DNA of 64,000 nucleotides from contig NW_024704742.1 in NCBI RefSeq assembly GCF_018977255.1, positions 79,982,001 to 80,046,000 of the forward strand. Reading direction: 5' to 3'. The position numbers and the translations under genes are program-made. Position 1 is the stretch's first letter. Each line of letters starts with the position of its first letter. Of this stretch, positions 26,268 through 38,035 are shown piece after piece. Below the pieces are notes generated by a model. That model was not told the origin of the DNA. It made no database searches and was given only the letters and a program-made list of their open reading frames with translations. The DNA is from Callorhinchus milii. Its lineage: Eukaryota.

Positions 26268-26354
26268 CTGCTGCTACTACCCTGGAATCATTGTGTGCGA
26301 TGTGCCTTCCAGAAGCACGGCTATCAGCATTCTCATACCACCAGAGAGCATGGA
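26268..26354 (-). CDS. NIPSNAP3A: NIPSNAP3 exon 5 (87 bp)
   Basis: tcgcag|...|gtaagc; (V)HALWWYENADSRASGRHIAHNDSRVVAA. Confidence 0.93.
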
Positions 26355-27499
26355 CTGCGAAACAACACAATCTTAAATTAGATAAAAGGGTTTTGGGTTG
26401 TGGGGCGGGCACTCGTGCGGAAGAATAACAAAGAAAACATTTTTAATTGGTCGTTGATACAACTATCTATTCAATAGGTCAACCTAATTTTTTTTCTTTC
26501 CATGGTAAAACTGTAACATGTTACTCCCTACATTGTGCTGCCAGTCTTTCCTGTCCTCTCCCTTTCCCAAGTCAGGCAATCCCCTATGTGCCTCAATCAC
26601 TTCTGTGTAGATCGGTAGAGAGTTCCCAGATTGACTTCTTCATGCTGTTCATCAGGTTACATTCATTCATCTAGAAATGGAAGATCTTGGCATTTAGATT
26701 TCAATTCACATACATCCCAAAAAAGTGTCTCATTCACACATAAAGCTCTACATTTTTACTACAACAACAACTCGCATTTATATAGCACTCCTCACACAGG
26801 GCAGTGCACCAGAGTGTTTGACAGTGGCAGAGCTCAATGCTGAGCCAGTGATGGGTGATCGTAAGCACGGTCAAAAAGGAAGGTCTTCGGGCATAACCTG
26901 AAGATAGGGAAGAAGGGACAAGGTGGAGAGATTGAGGGAGATTGTTCCAGAGTTTCGGGGTATAGTGGCTTAAAGCTCCAATACCCCAAAAGTGGCATAA
27001 CGACCCATAATAAAGATGGTGGAACGGAGGGAACGAGGGACAAGCAGAAAGTCGGAGCCAGTCCAGGGAAGGCAATGGCTAGTGGGTTGGGAGTAAGCAG
27101 GTCAGAGAAGTTCTAGTGTAATAGACGTTCTTAGTTGTTGATCATCAATTTTTTTTATGCAGTATACCCAAGTTTCATTGCAAATAAGGTTGACTTAGAA
27201 TATTTTGTTATATTGTCCTTTTTGATATTATGAACATACTCAGAAAAATAGGATTGATGGAAGATTCTTCGTACATGTTTACACTGTAGTGCAACACAAT
27301 ATAACTCCCACTTACAATTCAATACATGGCCACAATCTCAACCCTTTGTGAAGAGAACAAGCGAAGAATGGTTGCTAAAGTTGCTCCTATGACAGATAGG
27401 AGATTAAACTCAAGGAAAGCAACGCCCAGAAGCAAGTTATGGAAAATCAATGGTTAAATTAATCACAGCCTTGGGAAAGGTCCCACCTATAGTGAAAGT

Positions 27500-27695
27500 C
27501 CACATCCGGACCACGTGACTCATCTATCTTGAGCACCGACAACCTGTTTCGTACCTCCTCTCGGTTTATTCTTATGCTATCCAACTTCTCTACTCTCTCC
27601 TCTGATACTGCGACATTGGCTGCATCCTCTTCTTTTGTGAAGACAGATGCAAAGTACTCATTCAGTACGTCAGCCATGCCCTCTGCCTCCACAAG
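27500..27695 (-). mobile_element. CR1-clade LINE ORF2 fragment in NIPSNAP3 intron 4
   Basis: MADVLNEYFASVFTKEE...LKIDESRGPD, typical CR1 linker before the RT domain. Confidence 0.85.
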
Positions 27696-29003
27696 TGTGG
27701 GTGGGGGGAGCAGTGACTTGGATGATGAGCATTAAAGAGTTTTGTTTTAAAATTGTGAAAAATCCTGAAAACTGCAATAAACCATATTAAGAATTAAGTC
27801 TTAGTTTTTTTTAAAAAAGATACTTATCCCATTTAGTAATGCAAATAATTTGGAGACATGGACCAATATTTTCTCACCCTTTTCCTGGTGAGCAATGCTG
27901 ACAGTGGATTCTTACAAGTAAAGCAGCAGAACAAACTTTCACGTCGGAGCCAGGTCATAACCTCTTAATGGTAGAATTTCACTCTTGGGTGCAGCAGCAA
28001 ATAATAACAACAACAATCCTTACGTCTGCTATAGCATCTTTTATGTTGGGAGGACATATCAATGTGCTTTTCAAGGTATCAAGAAAGGTAATAATAATAA
28101 TCCTTGCATTTGATATAACGTCTTATCATGTCTTCGAGACATCTCAAAGCGCTTCATGACTCTGTTTGTGGGTGAACAGAACAGCCAATTTGCACAGAGC
28201 AAATGTCCTGCAAACAGCCATGAGGTGAATGAAAAACCTTGGTATCCTTGCCAACAATCCCCAGATAAAATTGGTCACTCACTTCATGGCTGATTGGGGC
28301 CATCGGTGTGCACAAATTGGCTGCCATGTTCAATCACAAAACATGCGGTGTCTCCACTTTACAGTATGTCCTGTGATGTGCTTTGGGATGTCCTTCCAAT
28401 GTCAATAGCACTTCACAAATGTAACTATTATTATTATTCATGTTTCCATGAATGAGCTTAGTTAGTTCTTGGATAGAGCACTGTGCAACAGTAGAGAGCT
28501 CCTTCCCATGGGAGTAAAGGAGCATTCAGTGGACTCAGAACTAGTCCCATAAAAGTATTCTTTACTTTATCCATCCAGAACATTCACCTTAACTTTTTCC
28601 CATGACAAAGCTGGATCCTAAATGAGTCCAGTGTCATTGCCTTTACTATCTGTGAGGTAACCTTTTCAAGCTGTTAACTCCCCTCTGTATAATTATAGAT
28701 AGAACTATTGACGACTGTCCTACAATTGCTCTTCACAACCTGAACCTCATTCTTGACGCAACTTCTACAGCAGCTTTGCTAGTGCCCCTGGCCATGCCTG
28801 TGGTGAAGACAACAATAACTTGCATTTATAACTACTAGTGGCAAAAAAGTGGCATGAATAAATAGATAAAATACAAAGACTTTTTTTTGTCACAAAGCCA
28901 AAAACGTGCGAGCAAACTCCAGGACAACATTTTGTTACATTAGCTACACATTTCACATCACGGTTTGCATCAAAACGAATATTAGGTTTGGAATCAGATT
29001 TAC

Positions 29004-29153
29004 CTTTGTTGAGCAAGCCAAATTCAGTGTGGAACACTCCAATCAGAGAGCAATACCCAACATTAGCGTGACTGTTCAGTGCCCTTTGGAAAGCTTGGCC
29101 CCAAACAGCAGGTCCTCCTGGCTTCATCTGGTAACTTACTAATTCGTACACAC
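29004..29153 (-). CDS. NIPSNAP3A: NIPSNAP3 exon 4 (150 bp)
   Basis: aaatag|...|gtaaat; GVYELVSYQMKPGGPAVWGQAFQRALNSHANVGYCSLIGVFHTEFGLLNK. Confidence 0.94.
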
Positions 29154-29410
29154 CTATTTCAAACAAAAAAATCAACAATTTTACAGGAAATCTGCATTGC
29201 TGGATTTTTTGGAGGGGTTTTAGATAAACAATTATTGAATTAATTGTGCCAGACTAAACCCAAGTGGTCCAATGCATGATATGGCTTGCTTTGAGATTAC
29301 AATGGTGCTCATGACAGATGCCTGTAATGGGAACATTTTCCATTCCCAAGATTAGACTTCCTTCATGAGCACAAAATAACAGATGAGGAAAAAGGAACAC
29401 GCTTGCTTGC

Positions 29411-29569
29411 CTTCTTTTGGTGGTTTGATTAGCTTCGACCATGGCACCATGTAATTTACTTCGTTGGACTGATTGACAAGCATTGGCAACATCTTCGAGA
29501 TGTAATTCTCTTGCCATTCCTTTTCTTTAGCCAGCGCTGCCCGGACCCCTGAACGTTGGCTATAATTGT
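29411..29569 (-). CDS. NIPSNAP3A: NIPSNAP3 exon 3 (159 bp), ends at a GC donor
   Basis: atcag|...AAG|gcaagc; DNYSQRSGVRAALAKEKEWQENYISKMLPMLVNQSNEVNYMVPWSKLIKPPKE. Confidence 0.88.
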
Positions 29570-30872
29570 CTGATAAAAAAACAGGAAGCAACAGTTTATT
29601 CAGAATAACCTTGTATACTCTTAACACCAGATTACACATGAATATAGGATCATGCAATACAATATATACATATTTAAATTTATGTAGCACCTTCACAACA
29701 GGACGATGTCTCACAGAACTTAACAACAATGGCTTGGCACCTAAGCTGGGGGTGTGAACTGACGGGGAAGATGAGCAAAAGCGAGTCAAAGGTAGGATTT
29801 GAGATGGGTCTTGAACGAGGTGAGTGAGGGAGTGAGTCAGAGGGAATCTGCAATGGTATCCCAGATAACAACAACAACTTGCACTTATATAGCGCCCCTC
29901 CACGTAGAGTAGCATCTCAGTGCGCTTAACAGTGGTGGAGTCTGACTCCGAGCCGGGTGGGGGGTGGGAGGTGGCCGTAAGCACGGTTGAAGAAGACAGT
30001 GGGGGCAGATAGGGTGAGAGTCTGCTTGGCAATGGTGGAGCGGGTCGAGTGGGGGATCTGAAGCAGGCTGGTTTCAATTTGGAGATCTCAGGATTAACAA
30101 CCTCACTTCTGCTCTGTTGTCTCTTTTTACTTTTATTTTCCTAGTATTTCTACTTTCTTTTATCCTAGGTTATATATTACTTTGAGTGTTTCTTATTGCA
30201 TTATGTATTATATCACTAGTTTGGCTGATTTTATTTTAAATGGTACCTGTTTTCTTTTGCCACCGGAAACATGCTCCAGCTGTAAGGCACCCTTTTGAAA
30301 TTTGGTTCAATGGATGGCTAAAGATTGAAGGCCAACTGAATCTCAGAAGATTGATTTGGTCACACTGATGAAGCAACCAAGTGATGCTTAATAATAATAT
30401 TGATAATTCTTGCATTTGATATAGCACCTTATCATGTTGTCAAGACGTCTCCAAGTAGTTTACAGGATATCTTGTGGTTTTACTCCGTATTTTGTGTGTG
30501 AAACACAACAGCCAGTTTTGCGTACAGCAATGTACCAAACAGCTATGGAGTAAGTGACCAATTGTAGATTTGAGGGATTGTTGGCCAGAAACACCGGGAA
30601 AAACTCACTTCTCTTGTTGAATAGCCAGCCATAGGATCTTTAATGTCCAGCTAAATAGGCAGAAAGGACCTTAGTTTAATGTCTCATTCAAAAGATAGCA
30701 CCTTTGACAATGCCACCACTACCCAGTACTGCATTGGGAGTGTCAGCTCAGACAATGTGATTCCAAATACTGACATGGGGCTTCAACAGTTGAAATATGT
30801 GTATAACCAACAAACACTTTACTAGTTCAATATGCAGCAGTGATTGTTTTTGGAGAATAAAATACAATTTAC

Positions 30873-31080
30873 CATATTTCCAAATATGAAAGACTTCATT
30901 GAGACCCCCAAGATCTGCAGACCAGTAACCGATTAGCTCTGAATGGGCAGTGCGGAGGTGAATATTATCCTTTGTAAGCTTCAAAAAGTCAATCATCTTT
31001 GCTGGCTTTATGGAATAAGTACGAAATTCATAAAAAGTCCCTTCTTGTTGTTGGGATCCTAAGGAACGCTCAGCACGCAC
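30873..31080 (-). CDS. NIPSNAP3A: NIPSNAP3 exon 2 (208 bp)
   Basis: cttcag|...|gtaaat; VRAERSLGSQQQEGTFYEFRTYSIKP...HSELIGYWSADLGGLNEVFHIWKY, NIPSNAP domain. Confidence 0.94.
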
Positions 31081-33613
31081 CTGAAGGCAAAAATAATAAC
31101 AAATTAAATTTGTATAACGCCTTTCACATTGGGAGGATGTCCCAACACTCTGGACAGTCAGGGATTTGGATCTGAGCAGTGGATTGAGATCAGGTGAGGA
31201 GGAGGGCAGGGAGGATAGGGGTAGGAGGGAGGCCAAAGGCGCAGTCGAAGAAGAGGTTCTTGAGACGTGCATTGAAGAGGAAAGGGAGTGAAGGGACTGT
31301 GGGATGGAGGTCCAAAGGGTGAGGGCAAAGAGGCTGCTGATGGTGGGGAGGACTGGGCGGGGGACGTGGAGCAGGCCGGAGCCTGCTGATCCGAGGGAGC
31401 GGACGCTTGATATAGCGAGCGGGAACAAAGGTAAATAATAATTTGATATACTACTTTTCTAGGCATATCAATGCGCGTCAGATTATACTGTAAAGTGAAT
31501 TGACTGTATACTTGTGGGCGGCAGCTAATTGCACACAGCAGTGTCCCACAAACAGTTGTGGATTGAAGCAACCTATTTTATTATAGTTTTTTTTCTTGAG
31601 GGATTATTATCGGGCGTGTGGAGTAAGGAATTGAACCCAGGTCTCTCGCTGGCGAGGCGAGCACTCTACTACTGAGCTACAGGATTCCCAGAGTCTTAAG
31701 TCATCAAAGTGTCAATATCCCAACTACATTTATGTATTTCCAGTTACCTAACTTGCCACTCCTTATAACTCGTCATCACGCACTGTTCCCTTGGAGCGAC
31801 GAGTTATCAGGAGTTTACAGTACAACAAACATAAACATTCACATCATTTTCTCCATATCGATATTTCAAAGTATGAATTTACTATTTTCAGATGTGAGGT
31901 GAAACATTTGCTGTTATTTGAGCACCACACATTAGTGAGTCAGTCAGAGCACTTTCTGGTGGTTTTGCAACTGGGTCATAGGTGCTGAACAAACTTTCTC
32001 TTTGTTGTGGGGACCATATACCCAGAGCCGGTTTTTGGAATAGGTGAATACTGAAGCTGGAACTGCACAGTATTTCTAACTGTAATCATAAGTCAAAGGA
32101 TTATTATGGTTAGTTTGCACACAGCAATGTCGCATAAACAGACATGAGGTCAGGGGCATAACAAAGTCCCAGGGGGCCCCAATGCAAGAATAGGTTAGGG
32201 GCCCCCTTCCCAATTCCGAAATCTAACATTTGCTTAGTGTACTGGCATGTACCAGCACATTTCAAGCTTTGGAGACAGGGAAGTATTTCTAAAATGGCTC
32301 AAATATTTCTTGGGGGTATGGAGGTATGTTTCTGCCCCGCAACATGCTGGCACCAATGGGTTGCCCCACACCCCAATAACCTCATTGGCCCTGGCTTGAC
32401 AACATTATTGTACTTGTGCCACAGCATGAGATGAATGACCAGTTTTACATGGTGATTGTTGGCCAAGAAACTTCCCTTTTCTAATACTGGGATGGAATCT
32501 TTAATAACCACACGAACGGGCAGATGGGATCTCTGCTGAAAGTTTCATCCTTCGGTGAATATCGCTCCTTCTGCTTGTTTTTATTGAGCATGCGCGAGAT
32601 GCCACCCAGCAGTGACTCACAGGTTGGAGACCCCTGCAGAAGGTTGTGAGTTCAAGGCCCATATCAGGACTTGGATCCCATATAGTCTAGGCTGACACTC
32701 CAATGCAGTGCTGGGGAGGTAACAGACTAACTAACAGACTGCTAATTCTGACATCTTATTCATCACTAAAATAATTCACCACTCTGAAGGTTGATGATTG
32801 CTATGCTCACTTCTTTACTAGTGTTTGTATCGCAAATTATCTTTGTGACTTTGGACTGTGATCATCTAAACACATGTATTGTAATACTTGGGAGTCCTAT
32901 AGTTCAGTGGTTAGACCACTCATCTTGCAAGCGAGAGGACCTGGGTTTGATTCCCGGCAAGATGAAATGTTGGGCAAGTTTCCTTACTTTGCAATGTTTG
33001 AGGCGCCATCCTTCAGAGGAGACATTAACTCAAGATCCAGTCTGTCCTGTCAGGTGGACATTAAAGTTCGGATAGCACTTTGAAAAGAAAAGGATGTTTC
33101 TCTTGCTGTCCTGACCAACACTCACCCCCCAAAAAATTGGCCACTCATTTCATAGGCGTTTGTGGGATATTGCTGTGGATAGATTGCCGACCACATTCAC
33201 CCACAAAATACGCAGTCACACTACTTTACTGTATATATCGCACGAAGAGCCTTCAGACGTCTTCACGGTGTGAAGTCTACATTAAATGCAAGGATTGTCG
33301 TACATTGTTATTTTAAAAGAGCAATGCTGTGTACGTTTCAAACGCCCCACGACACGACCGCGGGCGATCAACACAACTTAAGTTCGAAACACCAGTCGAT
33401 TGCTTTTGAACATTAACGACTGAATTCATTACTTGGGTGAACACTTAAAGCCCAGACGCACAGTGCCAGAGAGAAAGTCCAGTCAGTGTTCTTGCAATGG
33501 TCTGTGGTGCTCAGAAGAGGGTTAGGCTCTGAGAGTGGAAGCACTGGGTGGGGTGGGGGTGTTGGTGCCGTGTTTGCACCTGAGATATGGGGGGGTGGGG
33601 TTAGGGGGGAAAG

Positions 33614-33924
33614 TGTGGAGTCCTGTAGCTCAGCGGTTAGAGCACTCGCTTCGCAAGCGAGAGACCTGAGTTCAATTCCAGGCAGAGGGCGAAACCTTGG
33701 GCAAGTTTCCTTACTCCACACAGAGCCTAATAATAATCCCTCCAAAACCAAAACAATAATAAATTGGTCATTTTCAATCTACGACTGTTTGTGGGACATT
33801 GCTGTGCGCAATTGGATGCCGCGTTCGCCCACAAATATACAGTCAATTCACTCTGTGAAGCGCTTTGGGATGTCCTCCCGACGTGAAAAGCGCTATATCA
33901 AATGCAAGGATTATTATTATTATT
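33614..33924 (+). mobile_element. Same SINE, short subfamily, in NIPSNAP3 intron 1
   Basis: Near-identical to 8197-8519; CGC anticodon loop. Confidence 0.88.
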
Positions 33925-33961
33925 AAAGGGGGGGAAGAGAAAGAGGAGATGGTGCTGTTAC

Positions 33962-34042
33962 CTGTTTGCTGATGTCGCGGGGCGCGAGGAGAGGCGCAGC
34001 GAGTGCCCGCACTCTGCTCCAGGTGCTCTTCAGCTTGGACAT
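33962..34042 (-). CDS. NIPSNAP3A: NIPSNAP3 exon 1 coding part (81 bp), mitochondrial-presequence-like
   Basis: ggcgccATG Kozak context; MSKLKSTWSRVRALAAPLLAPRDISKQ|gtaaca; basic, acid-poor N-terminus; phase 0 fits exon 2; CpG-rich. Confidence 0.8.
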
Positions 34043-34052
34043 GGCGCCTGGT

Positions 34053-34377
34053 GCAGGGCAGGGAGGGCAGGAGGGCAGGCAAGGAGGGCAGGGAGGGAGG
34101 GCAGGAAGGCAGTGGTGCAGGGAGGGAGGGCAGGCAGGGCAGGGAAGGCAGGGCAGGGCAGGGAAGGCAGGGCAGGGCAGGGAAGGCAGGGCAGGGCAGG
34201 GAAGGCAGGCAGGGCAGGGAAGGCAGGCAGGGCAGGGAAGGCAGGGCAGGGAGGGCAGGGCAGGAAGGCAGGCAGGGAAGGCAGGCAGTGCAGGGAGGGC
34301 AGGCAGTGCAGGCAGGCAGGGGGGGGGGGGCGGGGGGGAGGCAGGGCGGGGGAGGGGGAGGGCAGGCAGGCAGGGCA
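34053..34377 (+). repeat. G-rich microsatellite (GGGCA/GGCAG/GGAAGGCA variants)
   Basis: Visible tandem repeat directly 5' of the NIPSNAP3 ATG; a second block occurs at about 35337-35431. Confidence 0.9.
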
Positions 34378-35728
34378 GCTCCTCCCACACCCCCCCCACA
34401 CTGACCCACCCCACACCCCCCCCCGAGCAGCTCCTCCCCCACACTGACCCCCACACCCCCCACACACACACACACACTGACCCCACCCCCCACACCCGCG
34501 GGAGCTCCTCCCCCCCAACCCCCACACTGACCCCCACACCCCGAGCAGCTCCTCCCCCACAGCCCCCACACACTGACCCCACACCCGACAGCTCCTCCCC
34601 CACACCCCACACACTGACCCCACACCCCCCGAGCAGCTCCTCCCCACACTGACCCCACACACCCCCCCGACAGCTCCTCCCCCACAGCCCCCACACACTG
34701 ACCCCCACACCCCCCACACCACCCACACCCCGAGCAGCTCCTCCCCCACCCCCCCCACACACTGACCCCCACACCCCCCCCCCCCACACCCCGAGCAGCT
34801 CCTCCCCCACACCCCCCACACACCCCCCCACACTGACCCCCACACCCTCCCCCGACAGCTCCTCCCCACACTGACCCCCACACCCTCCCCCGACAGCTCC
34901 TCCCCACACTGACCCCTACCCCCCCACACACCCCCCCGGCAGCTCCTCCCCCACACCTCCCCACACTGACCCCCACACCCCCACACACCCCCCCCCGAGC
35001 AGCTCCTCCCCCCACACTGACCCCCACACCCCCCCCGAGCAGCTCCTCCCCCACACTGACCCCACACACCCCCCTGAGCAGCTCCTCCCCCACACTGACC
35101 CCCACCCCCACACCCCCCCCCCGAGCAGCTCCTCCCCCACACTGACCCCCCACACCCCCCCCTGAGCAGCTCCTCCCCCACACTGACCCCCACACCCCCC
35201 CGAGCAGCTCCTCCCCCACACTGACCCCACCCCCCACCCCCCCCCCCCCAGCAGCTCCTCCCCCACACTGACCCCCCACACCCCCCCCCGGGCAGCTCTC
35301 CCCCACACTGANNNNNNNNNNNNNNNNNNNNNNNNNGGGCGGGGAGGGCAGGCGGGCAGGGCAGGGAGGGAGAGCAGGGCAGGGCAGGCAGGGAGGCAGG
35401 GCAGGGCAGGGAGGCAGGGCAGGCAGGCAGGCCCCACCCCCCACACCCCCCCCGAGTAGCTCCTCCCCCCACACTGACCCCCACACACACACTGACCCCC
35501 ACACTGACCCCCCCCCGGGCAGCTCCTCCCCCACACTGACCCCCCACCCCCCCCGGGCAGCTCCTCCCCCCACACTGACCCCCACACACACACTGACCCC
35601 CACACTGACCCCCCCCCCCCCCGGGCAGCTCCTCCCCCCCCACACACACACACACTGACCCCCACACCCCCCAACCCCCCCCCGAGCAGCTCCTCCCCCC
35701 ACACTGACCCCCACTCCCCCCCACACCC
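34376..35728. repeat. C-rich minisatellite, unit about 30-45 nt (GAGCAGCTCCTCCCCCACACTGACCCCCACACCCCCC), with a 25-N gap at 35312-35336
   Basis: Many visible copies of the CAGCTCCTCCCC and CACTGACCCC motifs. Confidence 0.92.
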
Positions 35729-35772
35729 TTTTTCTTTCTTTCTTTCTTTCTTTCTTTCTTTCATAAACTCAG

Positions 35773-35977
35773 TAATAATAATAATCCTTGCATTTGATAT
35801 AGCGCTTTTCACATCAGGAGGACGTCCCAAAGCGCTTCACAGAACACACTGTAAAGTGAATTGACTGTATATTTGTGGGCGAACGCGGCAGCCAATTGCG
35901 CACAGCAATGTCCCACAGACAGTCGTAGATTGAAAATGGCCAATTTATTATTGTTTTTGGTTTTGGAGGGATTATTG
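35773..35977 (-). mobile_element. Same SINE, 5'-truncated
   Basis: Reverse complement of the core and tail of the 33614-33924 copy. Confidence 0.85.
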
Positions 35978-36741
35978 TAGCTGCTGTGTTTCCTTTTTTT
36001 TAAAAGAAAAAAGTAGAGCTGGAATGGATTTACTTTTGTTAAACAAATCCTTTTTAAAAAAAAGTGTTTGGCTTAATTGTACATTTTGCATTGAAAAGTA
36101 ATTTTCGAAATGTCAGATGTTTAAAATTTTGTTTGGAAAGCCGTGTTTTTTTTAGAAACGCTAAAGAATGCCCCAAAAGTGCTTATTTTTGCAACGTCGC
36201 CCAGCTCCGACTGCCTCACACCACAATCCGCCGAAACGCTCAAACTTGCTGTCATTACATCGAGGCTCAACTACACAAACTCTCTGCTTGTCGGCCTTTC
36301 CAACTCCTCCTTCCATAGGCTGCAGATCATCCAGAACTCTGCAGCCCGTGTCCTCCCCCGCACCAGGCTCCGCGACCCTATCACCCCCATCCTCGCCCAA
36401 CTCCACTGGCTTCCCATCACACAGAGGATACAGTTCAAGATCCTGTTCCTCACCTCCACAGACTTGCTTCCCCCCTAACTCTGCAACCTCCTGACCCCCT
36501 ACCACCCTGTTCGCTCCCTCCACTCAGCGGGCTCCGACCTGCTTCACGTCCCCCGCCTCGCCCGCCCACTCTTGGCGGGTGGGCCTTCCACCACTCTGCC
36601 CCCACCCTCTGGAACTCCATCCCGCAGTCCCTCCGCTTATAGAACAAGTCAAAAACTGCAAAAGTAGATCCCAAAAGACAGGAATATAGCTTGAGTTCTG
36701 ATGACTACTTTGCATGTGATGAAAATTGATTGAAAACCTTC

Positions 36742-37093
36742 AATAATAATAATAACAATAATAATAGTAACCCTAGCATTTGATATAGCACCTTATCATG
36801 CCTTCCAGGATCTCTCAAAGCTCTTCACAGAATATACTGTAAAGTGAATTGACTGTTTTGGTGAAACACAGCAGTCAAGTGTGCACAGCAGTGTCCCACA
36901 AACACTCATGGATTGAGTGACCAAATTTTTTTTAAATTTGGAGGGATTATTACTCCTGGAAAAGAGATCCGCCAATCGACTAACAACTGGGTTCCTACTT
37001 TGCTAGGTGAACAGAGGTGTGTGGCACAAGGAAATTTGCCTAAGGTTTCACCCCATCTGGAAATGGAACCCCTTACGAGGTTATAGGACTCCA
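36742..37093 (-). mobile_element. Same SINE, long subfamily, degenerate
   Basis: Head, internal segment, core and (TTA)n tail all recognisable. Confidence 0.8.
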
Positions 37094-37669
37094 CAAATAA
37101 AAAATCATTATTTAAATAAAAAAATAACTTTTATTAATTTGTTGAAGTCCTGCAGCGTACCCAGTGGGAGTCATTTCTGACACATCGTTGGATTCCTAAG
37201 TCTCATACAGGAGAAAGACTGAATAACTAAAATAAAAAAATTCTATTGTCTATCTCATAGAGGTGATGGAAATGATGTGTCATTAGCATCTGTGCATTAA
37301 TTGGGGTTATTAGGTCTTAGTTTTACAATCTTGTGTTCAAAAGTTTGATGTTTTGTAATCTAAATACGGGATCCACTGTCTCCCAGTGGATCAATTTCAA
37401 GATCCACGGACTCAACTACAAATCCCTCCATGCCCTATATTTGAGACATGAAAGACATATCACCAAATATAAGGATTATTACAATGTCGTTACCCAAACT
37501 CTGTGATCTAAATCTACGTATTTTAATAAAACATAAACCTTTTTCAATTTACAACATATTGCATTCATATAACATCCTTCATGTGGGATAGCTTCTCTGA
37601 GTGCTTGAGAAAATAAAAATCTGTTTTCAACACCATCATAAGGTACATAGAAATATTTATTTTATTCTT

Positions 37670-38035
37670 CTGGAGTCCTGTAGCTCAGTGGTTGGAGCAC
37701 TCACCTTGCAAACGAGATTCCTGGGTTCGATTCCCGGCAGAGCAAAATGTGGAACAAGTTTCCTTACCCCACACGCCTCTGTTTACCTAGCAGTAAGTAG
37801 AAAACCGGTTGTTCGTGGGCGGATCACTTTTCCAGGGATAATAATTCCTTAAAAAAATATATAAATTGGTCATTCAATCCATGACTCTTTGTGGGACATA
37901 GCTGTGTGCAATTGGCTGCCACATTTCGCCCACAAAATATACAGTCAATACACTTTACTGTATATTCTGTGAAGTCCTTTGAGATATCTTGCAGGCGTGA
38001 TACGGCGCTTTATCAAATGCAAGGATTGTTATTAT
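37670..38035 (+). mobile_element. Same SINE, long subfamily
   Basis: TGGAGTCCTGTAGCTCAGTGG head, GGTTCGATTCC B-box, internal segment, tail. Confidence 0.85.

Noticed and set aside
34376..35728. CRISPR-like repeat/spacer periodicity
   Set aside because: Eukaryotic locus; the intervening parts are low-complexity C/CA runs, not unique spacers; no cas genes
33843..35830. Long Gly/Val/Cys/Pro-rich ORFs (up to 627 aa)
   Set aside because: Translations of a stop-poor satellite that is open in several frames and spans an N gap; only 33962-34042 is supported as coding
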